Below, in pieces: positions 37,544 through 48,051 of a stretch of 64,000 bases of DNA. The position numbers and the translations under genes were made by a program. Each line of letters opens with the position of its first letter. The first letter of the stretch is position 1. Under the pieces are notes generated by a model. The model was given only the letters and a program-made list of their open reading frames with translations, was not told the DNA's origin and made no database searches. The DNA comes from a virus, in IMG/VR virus record IMGVR_UViG_3300002307_000002, positions 27,266-91,265 of that record; one strand, given 5' to 3'.

Positions 37544-38560
37544 ATGGCTATAGAAGCTAAAATCATCGCTGACTCCAAAAACGAATTTGGACAGCGTATC
37601 ACATCATTCCTGCTCCGATTTCCGCGCATTGTTCTCGCTGAATTCAACACACACAGAATGCTTAGCCGGAACTCTGCCAGCAGTCGGGCCATACCATTTC
37701 AGAAGATGCTGAAGATGGTACAGGAAGACCCGTTCATCCCAATTGCCTGGATGAAAGAGCATACGGGTATGCAAGGCAGTGAGTATTTCACAGACTCAGA
37801 TGTTTGTAGAGATTACAACGAAACAACTCAACGTCATGGATTACATGATGAAAGAGTAGAAGATTTATTAAAGAGGCAATGGCTTTCAGCCAGGGATTTA
37901 GCTGTTCAGAAGGCAGAGTTACTGTCATATATCGGCCTTACCAAACAGCTTTGTAACCGTCTACTTGAATGCTTCATGTGGCACACGGTGCTTGTAACAG
38001 CTACTGAATGGACGAATTTCTTTGCACTCCGGGCGCATCCTGATGCAGAAATTCACATCCAAGCGCTGGCTTATAAGATGATGGAGGCTTATAACCAGAG
38101 TGTACCCAAATTGCTAAAAGCTGGTGAATGGCATGTACCTTTCGGAGATGACATTGACACACTCAAACTATCCAGTGTATTACAAGAATTGCACGGAGGT
38201 GTAATGCTTACTAATCACGATAAATATGTAGAGCAAGCCAAACTCGAGGTAGCCACTGCCCGTTGTGCCCGTACCAGTTACACCACATTCGATACCCAGC
38301 TTAAACACGATTATGCTGCTGACATCAAGCTGCATGATAAGCTTGCAAACATGGGCCACTGGTCACCTTTTGAGCATTGCGCCAAAGCTATGACCTTACA
38401 GGAAATGGATACCTATACATACACAGAACCTTCTAATAGTGAAGATTTTGATGGATATGTAACTCGTGGGGTATGTGGGAATTTCAGAGGATTCATCCAG
38501 TACCGCAAGCTTTTCCCAGGTGAGAACAAAACAGATGACCGCGTAATCAAACAAGCATAG
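37544..38560 (+). CDS. thyX: flavin-dependent thymidylate synthase
   Basis: AEFNTHRMLSRNSASSRAIP signature, ARCARTSY and HWSPFEH. Confidence 0.9.
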   Translation: MAIEAKIIADSKNEFGQRITSFLLRFPRIVLAEFNTHRMLSRNSASSRAIPFQKMLKMVQEDPFIPIAWMKEHTGMQGSEYFTDSDVCRDYNETTQRHGLHDERVEDLLKRQWLSARDLAVQKAELLSYIGLTKQLCNRLLECFMWHTVLVTATEWTNFFALRAHPDAEIHIQALAYKMMEAYNQSVPKLLKAGEWHVPFGDDIDTLKLSSVLQELHGGVMLTNHDKYVEQAKLEVATARCARTSYTTFDTQLKHDYAADIKLHDKLANMGHWSPFEHCAKAMTLQEMDTYTYTEPSNSEDFDGYVTRGVCGNFRGFIQYRKLFPGENKTDDRVIKQA

Positions 38561-38561
38561 C

Positions 38562-39155
38562 ATGGATAACATTTTAAAGTACGGCCCTGAAATCTATGAG
38601 ACAGCCAAGGCCAAAGGGTTTTGGGAAGATGGTTGGAACCGTAACAAAGGTGAGATGGTAATGTTGATTATCACTGAGCTGTCAGAAGCTGTGGAAGCAC
38701 ATAGGAAAGATAGGAAGTCCCTTACTTCCAGCTTTGAAAATGCAATGTTAGCCTATAAAGATTGGGATAAGGATAGTGAAGGCTATAAAAAGCAATGGCT
38801 TCACAATTTTCAACTCTGGGTAAAAGATAGTGTAGAAGACGAAATCGCTGATGCCGTTATCCGTATCCTGGATTATTGCTATGGCTGGAATTATCATATT
38901 GCTGGGAGCTGTGACATAAGTGGTACTGGAAATTTTGCAGAAGATGTATTGAGAATATGTGACCACATCCTTTCAGCATACAAAACTGGTCGGCATAGTA
39001 TTAACACTGGGCAGGATAAGCAATACTTCTGGGGATGTGTATTAGACCACATACTCAAATTCTGTAGTTGGTACAACATCAACCTCGAACAACACGTAGT
39101 CTGGAAACTACGCTACAATCAATCCCGCCCACACAAGCACGGCAAAGCTTACTAA
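38562..39155 (+). CDS. MazG-like NTP pyrophosphohydrolase
   Basis: ELSEAVEAHRK, EDEIADAVIRILD and YNQSRPHKHGK motifs. Confidence 0.85.
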   Translation: MDNILKYGPEIYETAKAKGFWEDGWNRNKGEMVMLIITELSEAVEAHRKDRKSLTSSFENAMLAYKDWDKDSEGYKKQWLHNFQLWVKDSVEDEIADAVIRILDYCYGWNYHIAGSCDISGTGNFAEDVLRICDHILSAYKTGRHSINTGQDKQYFWGCVLDHILKFCSWYNINLEQHVVWKLRYNQSRPHKHGKAY

Positions 39156-39198
39156 ACTGCCACAAATAATTCACGTTCAAGTTTTTAATTCCAATTAT

Positions 39199-39954
39199 AT
39201 GTTAGATTTCTTAGCAACCGCTACCCTGAGTGATGTAGCCGAAAAAGTGCCCGTTAGTCGTAAAGGTGTAACCACAAAGCAACGCAACCCGGAGAGGTTA
39301 GCAATCCGCTTATTCCGTGATGGCAGTGTGTATCCTTCTGCCGAGCTGGTAGAGAAGTTCCAGCTTGAATATGCCAATAAAGGTGCTATCACTGGCAATG
39401 GCTTTGATGTGATTGACACGGCCCTGTACCCATCTTTCAACGTGGGTAAACGCATTTTGATTATCAACCCGGTACCAAAGGCTTTACCTAAAGTAGACTT
39501 ATTTGGCAGTACCACTTACAAAGAAGATGGTACACCTAAGAGCAATGTTATGACTCAGGGCGCTAAAACCTATGGTGCTGACGAGCTGATACCAATGGTG
39601 GAAGAAATTTACGGCATCACTTTTTACAAACCAGCCGTGGATGCTCAGGACGGTGTTGAAGCTTCAGAGGAAGTGGAAGGTGTTGAATTTGTGGACTTAG
39701 CCCTTGTGGTTAACCCGGTAACAAACGAGCCATGGGCTAAAGCTATCACTTACATCCCTAAAAAGGTAAGCCGTGGTAAAGATGCTGGCCAGGTAACTAC
39801 TCAGCGCAGGGAAAATGCACAGTTCTATGCTTTGCTACCATTAAGCTCCATACAACCCGCTGAAGAAACAGCAAAAGAAACTGGTGCTGAACTGCCTGAT
39901 AATCAGCAGGAAGCAGAAGATGTGGAGACTGAAGAGCCTGTAATGAACGCATAG
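39199..39954 (+). CDS. hypothetical protein with acidic tail
   Basis: 251 aa; followed by a TGAGCGGC/GCCGCTCA hairpin. Confidence 0.65.
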   Translation: MLDFLATATLSDVAEKVPVSRKGVTTKQRNPERLAIRLFRDGSVYPSAELVEKFQLEYANKGAITGNGFDVIDTALYPSFNVGKRILIINPVPKALPKVDLFGSTTYKEDGTPKSNVMTQGAKTYGADELIPMVEEIYGITFYKPAVDAQDGVEASEEVEGVEFVDLALVVNPVTNEPWAKAITYIPKKVSRGKDAGQVTTQRRENAQFYALLPLSSIQPAEETAKETGAELPDNQQEAEDVETEEPVMNA

Positions 39955-40048
39955 TAAGGCAAGCAGTTCAAATGACCTTTTATAGAGTGAGCGGCGGTAA
40001 TTTAGCCGCTCATTTCTTCTCAAATTTTCAATTCATAAAATCTGAATT

Positions 40049-40759
40049 ATGGCTATTGGTGTTGGTATCAATGAAAACATTGTCCTCAAAAACGCGGAAA
40101 TTAACGACAAAAAGCGCTTAGTTGTAACGCTTTCTATCGCAGGTAAGAAATCATTATTTGAAGAATCCCTCACAGCTGGTGTGGTAAGTGACAGTTCTGA
40201 TTTAAGCCTGCAGTTATTTGGGCCGCTTCTGCCTAAGAAAGAAGGCATGACTGAATCCCAGAAAGTAGAGCTGTTAATGGCTGATATTCGTGGGCTGCGT
40301 AACAAGCTTACACACATCCTGGAGCAGTTCATGGTGACTGACAGCATTGACCTTGCACAGTATGATGTGCAGTATGCCGGTACCGGTATTGACAATGACA
40401 ACTTCGCTACACGCCTGTTAGACCAGGATGTGCTTAACAGAATATATGACAACCTGGTTAACCGGTTTGCCATCCTGATTAAACCGTTCCTGAATGACGC
40501 TACCACTCCGCTTCGTGTGAAGCTGGTTAGGCAAAGTAAGGACAAGCACTATGCAACAATGCCCGACCCAGGAAGGTATGGTAACACTTTCATGGAACAC
40601 ATGAGTGTGCCTGTTGCCCAAAGCAGCGTGAAATTCACTGAAGCTGAAATTAAAGCTGGCCTGAACGACCCTACGCCAACAGCTTCGTCTACAGCCGAAG
40701 TTAAATCACCTACCACCGGCGCTAATGCAGCCGCTGCCGAGGTGAATCCATTCGCTTAA
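40049..40759 (+). CDS. putative single-stranded DNA-binding protein
   Basis: Upstream of the primase; low-complexity tail ending NPFA. Confidence 0.45.
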   Translation: MAIGVGINENIVLKNAEINDKKRLVVTLSIAGKKSLFEESLTAGVVSDSSDLSLQLFGPLLPKKEGMTESQKVELLMADIRGLRNKLTHILEQFMVTDSIDLAQYDVQYAGTGIDNDNFATRLLDQDVLNRIYDNLVNRFAILIKPFLNDATTPLRVKLVRQSKDKHYATMPDPGRYGNTFMEHMSVPVAQSSVKFTEAEIKAGLNDPTPTASSTAEVKSPTTGANAAAAEVNPFA

Positions 40760-40773
40760 TCCAATCCGTCTCT

Positions 40774-41718
40774 ATGGAGCTAATTGATATTGATAATATC
40801 CTCGAATTCGTGGATGAGTACACCCTGTACTGTCATTACCTCGAATTTGAACCAGATATTCAGCAAAATTACCTATCTCCATTACGTGAAGACGACCAAA
40901 CCCCCTCATTTGGAATCTATCCTTCCAAGAAGTACCCTAACAGGGAGTTCTTCTGGAAGGATAGCGGGGGAATGGGAATGAGCGGGGATATAATCAGGCT
41001 TATCAAACTGATGTTTGGCTATGTTACGAATTGGGAAGCTGTGGCCCGTATCAAGAGTGACTTCGGGTTAGGTGGGTATTTCGCACCAACAGCTAAAATT
41101 GTCCGGCATAAGCCTACATATAATGTATCTGCTGACATCCGTGTGAGGCCTAAGGCTCTTACAAGCACAGATATTAAGTATTGGCAACAGTTCAACATCA
41201 GCCAGGATTTATTAAATCAATATCGTGTAAGTCCGTTGTACTGCTACTGGATGAATCCCAGCCAAAAAGCTCCGGTGTTTGCTCCCTCAACATCATACAT
41301 CTACCGGATTTATGACAGATACCAGCTTTACTTTCCATTGGCACAGAAGGGCAATAAGTTCAGAAATGACCTGAAAGAAAACTATGTAATGGGCATTCAA
41401 CAGCTTCAGTATAATACTGATACGCTAATCATTACTAAAAGCTATAAAGATGTGATGTGCCTACGTTCTTTCGGGTATGATGCCGTTGCACCGAGAAGTG
41501 AAAATACACCCATGCCAGAGCAGTTTTTTACATGGGCAGACAAACACTACCAGAAGAAACTGGTACTGTTTGACAACGATATGAAACATCGTGGAGACTG
41601 GTATCCTTATCCGAAAGTGTATGTCCCAACTAACACTGGTAGCAAGGATATATCAGATTTCACACGAGATTATTCACCACAACAAGCTAATGAGCTGTTG
41701 AAAACCTTAGTGGAATGA
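40774..41718 (+). CDS. DNA primase (crAss-like DnaG)
   Basis: SPLREDDQTPSF, WKDSG, IITKSYKDVM, TOPRIM LFDND and KDISD motifs. Confidence 0.87.
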   Translation: MELIDIDNILEFVDEYTLYCHYLEFEPDIQQNYLSPLREDDQTPSFGIYPSKKYPNREFFWKDSGGMGMSGDIIRLIKLMFGYVTNWEAVARIKSDFGLGGYFAPTAKIVRHKPTYNVSADIRVRPKALTSTDIKYWQQFNISQDLLNQYRVSPLYCYWMNPSQKAPVFAPSTSYIYRIYDRYQLYFPLAQKGNKFRNDLKENYVMGIQQLQYNTDTLIITKSYKDVMCLRSFGYDAVAPRSENTPMPEQFFTWADKHYQKKLVLFDNDMKHRGDWYPYPKVYVPTNTGSKDISDFTRDYSPQQANELLKTLVE

Positions 41719-42050
41719 TCATTTATTTATCTGGTAAAATATCAGGTTTAGACCCTGCAATTGCGGCTAAAAAGTTTGAGTTTTTTCAACAGGAAATTGA
41801 AAAATATGGGCATACAGTAATTAACCCTATGAAGCTGTCGCATACTGATGCAAAACACTGGGAAGATTACCTTTCCAATGACATCATTATTCTGTTTGAG
41901 CAAGTAGATGCAATCTTTGCTATTTACGACTGGCAGGACAGTTTGGGAGCCAGATTAGAAATTAAACTATTTGAAAAATTGAAACGGCCTATCTATTATA
42001 CCTTAAATCCATTTCCAAATGCTGCTATTCCTGACACGACTACAAATTGA
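41715..42050 (+). CDS. DUF4406/nucleoside 2-deoxyribosyltransferase-like protein
   Basis: IYLSGKISG, INP and WQDSLGARLE motifs. Confidence 0.8.
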   Translation: MIIYLSGKISGLDPAIAAKKFEFFQQEIEKYGHTVINPMKLSHTDAKHWEDYLSNDIIILFEQVDAIFAIYDWQDSLGARLEIKLFEKLKRPIYYTLNPFPNAAIPDTTTN

Positions 42051-42312
42051 GCAAAGACTGGAAAAGGGCCTGCTCAATCAGACTATCTCCTGGGAAGCTC
42101 CTGACAGCACTATCAAAACAGGCAAGGTACAGAAGCTGGCTGTTGAAGACAGTCTGAACGGGGAGGTGATGGTTTTATTTCAGCTTAAAGATGGTGAAGC
42201 GCTTGTTAGCTATTCGTCAGACTTGAACTACTTTATCGAAAACACAATTTTATATGGCAATACTCAACCAGGAGACGGTAGAAATATCGGGAGGCTTCTC
42301 GAAAGAGATTGA
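42019..42312 (+). CDS. hypothetical protein
   Basis: 97 aa ORF. Confidence 0.5.
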   Translation: MLLFLTRLQIEQRLEKGLLNQTISWEAPDSTIKTGKVQKLAVEDSLNGEVMVLFQLKDGEALVSYSSDLNYFIENTILYGNTQPGDGRNIGRLLERD

Positions 42313-44953
42313 AACCGGGTCAATGGGTTTAATGATGAACATTCTCCAGCAGCACCAGTATGCCTACCCGATTAAGAGCACCATACGGGAGCTGGTGAGT
42401 AATGGGCTGGATAGCATTGCAGAGAAGAACATTGCTCTGGCCATCCTGTCTGGTGAGGCTAAGGAGGAGGATTTCTTTGTACAGAAAGATGGGGAGATTT
42501 ACAAGGATAGCAAGTTCAATCCAGATTACTACGACAGGATGTATCTATCAGCCACCAATGAAGTATGGGTTATATACAATGATGGTGGTGAGCTGAGTAA
42601 AGACAGTGTTATCATCCGGGATTATGGTGTAGGACTGGGGGGCACAAGGCTGGAAAAGTATTTTAACTTGGGGTATTCAAGCAAGCGCCTGCTCTCTAAG
42701 GCTCTGGGTAAGTTCGGCATTGGCGCCAAGTCTCCTCTATCTACTGGTTGCCCCTATTACACTATCACCAGCAGGTATAATGGCTGCCAATTCGTATTCA
42801 ATGTGTATGCGCACCGTGTGGAGAGCATTGTTCCCAGATGGAACACTGAAACCGGCAAGGAAAATCCCAGCTATACATTCTCAAACGGCTATGTAGCCTA
42901 CTATACTGAAACGTTTGAAGAGAACATGCTGGAGATTGAAATCGGCACCAAGAAACACCACAAGCAGCAGTACCTCGATGCTGTCACTACTCAGCTTTTG
43001 TACTTCAAAAATGTTAGGTTGTTTGTAAATAACCCAACAGGAGTGAGTGTAGAAATTCCTGTTCAGGCCAACATCATGTATGAAGATGATATGATTGTGT
43101 TGGCCACAAACAGCAATTATTCCAAGCCTCATTTGCTGCTTAATGGGGTGAACTACGGCTACATCAACTTTCAGGAGTTGGAGTTGGAGGAAAAACTGGG
43201 TAACGTGGGTATCAAAGTGAACCCTGACCTGGTTTCAGTTAATCCTTCCCGTGAAAGCCTTATTTGGGATGATAAAACCCGTGGAGTGGTTGTAGATCGC
43301 TTTAACGAAGTGGTGTCAATTGCTCAGGGAGTTATCAATCAGGAATTGCAGGAAACTGATTTCCTGAAGTGGATGAAAATCTGTGCTCAGGCTTCGGCAA
43401 ACAGTCTATGGACTAAAGCTGGTGAGAACACAGTAATAGGCCGTCTGGCTGCCATAATTGACATGTCCAAAGTTCAGTTATCTTACCCCTTAAACAAGGA
43501 TTTGAAGTTTAACCAATGGCTGCTGGATGGGGTGAAGTGTCAGCGGGTGAGCCTGTCTGTTGAGCGTAAAGGTAGTATTATCAAGAAGAAAGTGGAGTAC
43601 TCTGGCTGGCGCAGTGCGTTTGCTGAGGGATTACCCTTGCTGATACACAACGGTCAGATTTCAAACCGAAAGAACAAGTACATCCTGCAGCACGTCTACC
43701 AGCAAGGCTTCATTCTTCTTCAGCTTGAGTATACTGCAAAAGCTGATGGCACAATACTCACAGCGGAAGATATATCCTATTCTCCGAGAGTGGAGGAGGC
43801 TAACAGTCGTACAATGGAAGAAAAATCCATTGCTGCAAATCTCGGAGTTGGACGTTTTGGTTTGGCTAAACAAAAGGTAGCAGACTTGCACAATTACATC
43901 TATGCTGCTGATGGTAAGGTTTGGTATGATAGCATTGTAGTTCCTGATGAGTTTAAAGCCAATGAAGAAGAACAGGAGGAGCAGGAAGAGGAAACCAATG
44001 ACTTTGCTAAGAAATCTGCTGAAGAACGTAGGAAGATAGCTGGTACAACCATTCTTCATACTCCGCGTATAAACGGTGATTACCGCAAATCCGGCAGGGC
44101 ATACGAGATGCAGAAAATCGAGATGTTCCCTCATCTGGTTGATACATGGACGAATGAAGAAGTGTTCTGGAGTAACCAGGATTGTGAGGCTCTATTACAC
44201 ACAGCTTCTTTGATTTGTCGGCCAGTAAGTGACATAGGGTATGCTGTTGGTAAACCTTTTGAACAGCATATTGCATGGAAAGCTGAAGGGTATGCCGGGC
44301 CTAATTCATGGGAATGGGACATATGTGTGAATTTTCACAATGATGCGCCGGTAAGGCTTATCAAAGTGGCACAGAACAATGTCAAATACTACCAGGACTT
44401 CAAGCACATCACAAAATTCTTCAAAGAAATCAGAAACAAAACCATCACCATGAGCAATGCACTGATAAGATGGAACACAGCAAGGTTATTACAGGAAAAA
44501 CTGGATGATTTGAGGTTTCTCAACGGGTTCAATGGTTTAAACCCAGACATTACCTCAAAGTACAGACAACTCCGGCAGTACGTTGATACTTATTGGAGGA
44601 CATTAAACATTTCTCCGGTAGTTGGCGCTAATGACACCATTTCAGGCCAGCTCATATCTCACATGGATAAGGTGGGCCAGTTTCAATTGTTCGTGCGGGC
44701 CAATCCTGATGATAAAGAAGCTATCAGCCAATTGGCAGTAGAGCTGTTTAATCCTCAAGCTGGGGTTGAAATAGCAGATGGTAAAGCCATTGACACAGAA
44801 CTGTATGATATGTATCTGGAATTGGTAGACTGGTGCCAGCCGGTGAAAACGTTGATGAATGCTGTAAGACCTTTAACAGACAATCAGAACATCAGTCCTG
44901 AATTGGAAGAAAAAATCCGTCACTATTTTAAGTATCTAGGTGTAAGTATTTAA
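42254..44953 (+). CDS. rIIA: rIIA-like protein (N-terminal GHKL/HSP90-like ATPase)
   Basis: IRELVSNGLDS, IRDYGVGL, GKFGIGAKS and VNPSRESL motifs; followed by an rIIB-like gene. Confidence 0.82.
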   Translation: MAILNQETVEISGGFSKEIETGSMGLMMNILQQHQYAYPIKSTIRELVSNGLDSIAEKNIALAILSGEAKEEDFFVQKDGEIYKDSKFNPDYYDRMYLSATNEVWVIYNDGGELSKDSVIIRDYGVGLGGTRLEKYFNLGYSSKRLLSKALGKFGIGAKSPLSTGCPYYTITSRYNGCQFVFNVYAHRVESIVPRWNTETGKENPSYTFSNGYVAYYTETFEENMLEIEIGTKKHHKQQYLDAVTTQLLYFKNVRLFVNNPTGVSVEIPVQANIMYEDDMIVLATNSNYSKPHLLLNGVNYGYINFQELELEEKLGNVGIKVNPDLVSVNPSRESLIWDDKTRGVVVDRFNEVVSIAQGVINQELQETDFLKWMKICAQASANSLWTKAGENTVIGRLAAIIDMSKVQLSYPLNKDLKFNQWLLDGVKCQRVSLSVERKGSIIKKKVEYSGWRSAFAEGLPLLIHNGQISNRKNKYILQHVYQQGFILLQLEYTAKADGTILTAEDISYSPRVEEANSRTMEEKSIAANLGVGRFGLAKQKVADLHNYIYAADGKVWYDSIVVPDEFKANEEEQEEQEEETNDFAKKSAEERRKIAGTTILHTPRINGDYRKSGRAYEMQKIEMFPHLVDTWTNEEVFWSNQDCEALLHTASLICRPVSDIGYAVGKPFEQHIAWKAEGYAGPNSWEWDICVNFHNDAPVRLIKVAQNNVKYYQDFKHITKFFKEIRNKTITMSNALIRWNTARLLQEKLDDLRFLNGFNGLNPDITSKYRQLRQYVDTYWRTLNISPVVGANDTISGQLISHMDKVGQFQLFVRANPDDKEAISQLAVELFNPQAGVEIADGKAIDTELYDMYLELVDWCQPVKTLMNAVRPLTDNQNISPELEEKIRHYFKYLGVSI

Positions 44954-45053
44954 TCCTTATGAAAACCGGCCTTCCTTAATGAGGGCAGGGAGGGGTCGTA
45001 ACGATTGGGAACCATAGACCTCTCCCATCTTTTCACTAATTAAACCCACATAT

Positions 45054-45920
45054 ATGCTGACAGTAAATCGCGTAGGCGATAGCATTACAGGCTCTTACAA
45101 TGGTACACCATACGGAGTGCAGTTCAATGAGCAGAAATACCAGGTTATGAAGAACCTGGAAAAGCAAGCTTCTCAGGCTGAGACTATGGATGAGTTGAAA
45201 GCCATCATCGAAGAATTCATTCCGCTTACCAAAGAAAACTACAAAGAGATTGTAGAGCATGCACAAGGAGGCCAATTCCTGTATGTGAACAATCACACAG
45301 GCAAAACCTATCTGGCTATCAATGGTAAAGTAAGCTCCAAACCACTGCCTAAAAGCTTGGTTGACCGTATCATCCTTTCTGTGGAAAAGAAGATTGACGT
45401 ATTACCATTGGTGAAATGTTGGGCACGCTTTCTCCGCAATCCATGGTACACTGATGACAAAGCCAAACGCTTTGCTCAGTACATAAACACTACTGTGGTA
45501 AACGATGTTCTGAAGAACAAACTGATTACAGAAGGTGGCCTGTCTCCAGCAGTGGCTGAGCAGAGAGCTACCATGTATGACGTGAGCTTCACACAGGAAG
45601 GTTTGATTGCCAGCTACAAAGTAGTGAAAGAAATCGACTGGAAATATGTTCCTGATACTGCCGTTGAAGGTGGTGTTAAGAAGATTGACCGGTTTGATTA
45701 TGTGGTAGACGAATTTACCGGCTTGAAAACTTACCAGAAACCAACATTCCTCGAGCAGCGGGTATTCCAACCTGCAGTTCAGGGTGAACGTGGTGATAAA
45801 TTCTTCTCCGGTGATTACGAAGGCCATATCATCCGTGTTGGCCAGATAACCTATTTGGATAGCTGGGATAAGGTGAACAAGAATGATAGCACAAGCTGTG
45901 CCCCGGGGTTGCACATCGGT
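45054..45920 (+). CDS. rIIB: rIIB-like protein, exon 1
   Basis: WARFLRNP, TQEGLIASYK and CAPGLHIG motifs. Confidence 0.8.
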
Positions 45921-46003
45921 AAACTAAAATCTGCCGCTTAGTAAGGTAACTTACTTTGAAAAATCAAGCAAATACGGTGAACACTAAAGTCGGGGAATTA
46001 TAG

Positions 46004-46011
46004 TATATTTG
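46004..46011 (+). promoter_or_regulatory. Bacteroidota -7 promoter element for the homing endonuclease
   Basis: TATATTTG matches TAnnTTTG and ends 4 nt before the ATG. Confidence 0.55.
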
Positions 46012-46015
46012 TAGT

Positions 46016-46855
46016 ATGGGAAAAGGAAATGCAATATCAATCGAAGAATACCAAAGGCTTCATTTAGAACATGAATCTGGTGTATGTTTGAGAGATTTAG
46101 CTACTAAGTACAACTACAGATTAGCTACGTTATTTTACGGATTTAAAAGATTGGGGCTTACAGTACATAAAGCTACAAACGAGCAAAGGAAAACGAATAG
46201 AGTTGTTGAAAATTGGTTTAAACAAATTGACACAGAGGTAAAAGCATATTATTTTGGTTTATTGATGGCTGATGGGTATATAAATAAACGTAAACTGTCT
46301 AATAAATCTCATCGTGTATGTCTAAAACTTCATAAAGAAGATAGTTATTTAATACAGTTTTTTATAGACCAGGTTCAACCTGGAGCAAAGATGTATAAAG
46401 ATGGTAATTCTTTAGGGTGTCAAATCAATTCAACACAATTAGTAACAGATTTAGAAAAACATGGACTTGTAGAACGTAAAACTGTAGCTGGGGAACATTT
46501 TCCAATGTTAGATAACAGTTTAATGCCACATTTTGTGAGGGGGTATTTTGATGGTGATGGAAGTATTTCTTTAGGGGCTCGTAATAGAAGTACAATTTAC
46601 ATATGCTGTGCTAATTTGGGGGTACTATATGGTTTTCAAGATTATTTTGATAGGCAGGGGATAAAAACTGGATTACACTCCGAACATCGAGAACATATGG
46701 GATACAGAACAATGCATACTTTACACATCCGTGACCGTCAAAAATTCTATAAATTAATTTACTCGTTTGCTTCAATTTTTATGATACGTAAAAAATTACA
46801 ATTCGACCATGTGAATACCGTGCTAACCAGAAAGAACTGGAAGCGTAGAGCGTAG
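46016..46855 (+). CDS. double-motif LAGLIDADG homing endonuclease
   Basis: AYYFGLLMADG and HFVRGYFDGDG motifs; AT-rich; its 3' end overlaps the intron core. Confidence 0.92.
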   Translation: MGKGNAISIEEYQRLHLEHESGVCLRDLATKYNYRLATLFYGFKRLGLTVHKATNEQRKTNRVVENWFKQIDTEVKAYYFGLLMADGYINKRKLSNKSHRVCLKLHKEDSYLIQFFIDQVQPGAKMYKDGNSLGCQINSTQLVTDLEKHGLVERKTVAGEHFPMLDNSLMPHFVRGYFDGDGSISLGARNRSTIYICCANLGVLYGFQDYFDRQGIKTGLHSEHREHMGYRTMHTLHIRDRQKFYKLIYSFASIFMIRKKLQFDHVNTVLTRKNWKRRA

Positions 46856-46989
46856 AGACTGAGCGTCAATCAAGCAATAATGTCTCCAAGAGTGTTTGAC
46901 AACCAAAGTGAATTGGTTGAAAATGTACGCCGAACTTGTAGGAAACTACAAGAAGCTGAGGATAAAAAGCCACAGCGATAACAACTTTG

Positions 46990-47289
46990 GGATTAAGATA
47001 CATCAAGAATTACCAGGCTGATGACACCCTTACACTGAATGTGTTTGTTGATCCGGCCCATATTGGCGCCATAGATGGTGAAGGTACTGGTGCCCTGAGA
47101 GTACTCAAGTTTTTCCCTCACTCAGCTTTAGAAGGTGTAACTCAGAACCTGTATCACAGCAGCAAGTTTGCCGCTTTGACAGATGAGGAATACACCAAGC
47201 TGATTGAAGAAGCTGTAAACCAGCACACGCAGAAGCTGGATGAAATGGATGCCGAACTGGCTGAGAAGCACAACTTGCTGACTGTTTAA
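46990..47289 (+). CDS. rIIB: rIIB-like protein, exon 2
   Basis: GLRYIKNY...VFVDPAHIG...ALRV. Confidence 0.8.
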   Translation, partial: GLRYIKNYQADDTLTLNVFVDPAHIGAIDGEGTGALRVLKFFPHSALEGVTQNLYHSSKFAALTDEEYTKLIEEAVNQHTQKLDEMDAELAEKHNLLTV

Positions 47290-47366
47290 TACTGCAAGGG
47301 ACTCAAGGCCGGGAAGGAACCCGTAAGGTGAGTACCGGCCCGCTCCCTTTTTAATCCACTACACCT

Positions 47367-47768
47367 ATGGCAAAGAAAACCAGAGTATCAAGAACCCGGA
47401 ATGGAGGAACTATGACTGAAGCCCAGTATTGGGGAAAGCTAAGAAGTACATTAAGGAGAGCGTTCATGTTCTGGGTGCCGATGAAGATGGCACTTGATAG
47501 AGTTAAGCGGCCTTCCCTCAGTACCAACAAGCGCTTGAAATGGGAATATCAGTGTGAGAAATGTCATTCCTGGCATCCACGAAAGGATGTTGAGGTTGAC
47601 CACACCATTCCCTGTGGCACACTCCTCAGCTTGGAGGATATAGGCCCATTCATAGCTAATTTAACCCAGGAAAATCCTTCAGCCTACCAGATACTCTGCA
47701 AAACTTGCCACAAAAGCAAGACTCTCAATGAAAGAAAACAACGAGTTGCCCATGGGAACAGACAGTAA
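47367..47768 (+). CDS. HNH endonuclease
   Basis: YQCEKC, VDHTIP and LCKTCHKSKT motifs. Confidence 0.85.
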   Translation: MAKKTRVSRTRNGGTMTEAQYWGKLRSTLRRAFMFWVPMKMALDRVKRPSLSTNKRLKWEYQCEKCHSWHPRKDVEVDHTIPCGTLLSLEDIGPFIANLTQENPSAYQILCKTCHKSKTLNERKQRVAHGNRQ

Positions 47769-48051
47769 GTCTCCGGCTGCTTATGCAGCATGGACTAAAG
47801 CTGCTCAAATCTTTTCATATATTTCTAAACCGGTTAACCAGTACATCCTCACTTATCTATCTGAGAACAAAGAAGCTACTGCATTGCAGATGACTTGTTC
47901 TGAACACTCCTACAAGACTCTGTTGAAAAACTTAGCTGGTATGGAGAAAATCGGACTGGTAAGAAAGGAAAAGCTGGGTAATGACACAAACTGGAAAATC
48001 ATCTATGCTAAAATCACAACACTCAATTCCGCAGCAGCCAGGCTCCTCTGA
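47728..48051 (+). CDS. winged-helix (ArsR-like) DNA-binding protein
   Basis: ILTYL...LAGMEKIGLVRKEKLG pattern. Confidence 0.55.
   Translation: MKENNELPMGTDSKSPAAYAAWTKAAQIFSYISKPVNQYILTYLSENKEATALQMTCSEHSYKTLLKNLAGMEKIGLVRKEKLGNDTNWKIIYAKITTLNSAAARLL

Larger units (their letters stand above)
45921..46989 (+). mobile_element. group I intron (1069 nt) carrying a LAGLIDADG homing endonuclease
   Basis: P1 CGGT/GCCG with U:G; P4 ACGGT/ACCGT; P7-like GCGTA/TACGC; terminal G. Splicing restores GLHIG|GLRY. Confidence 0.88.
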
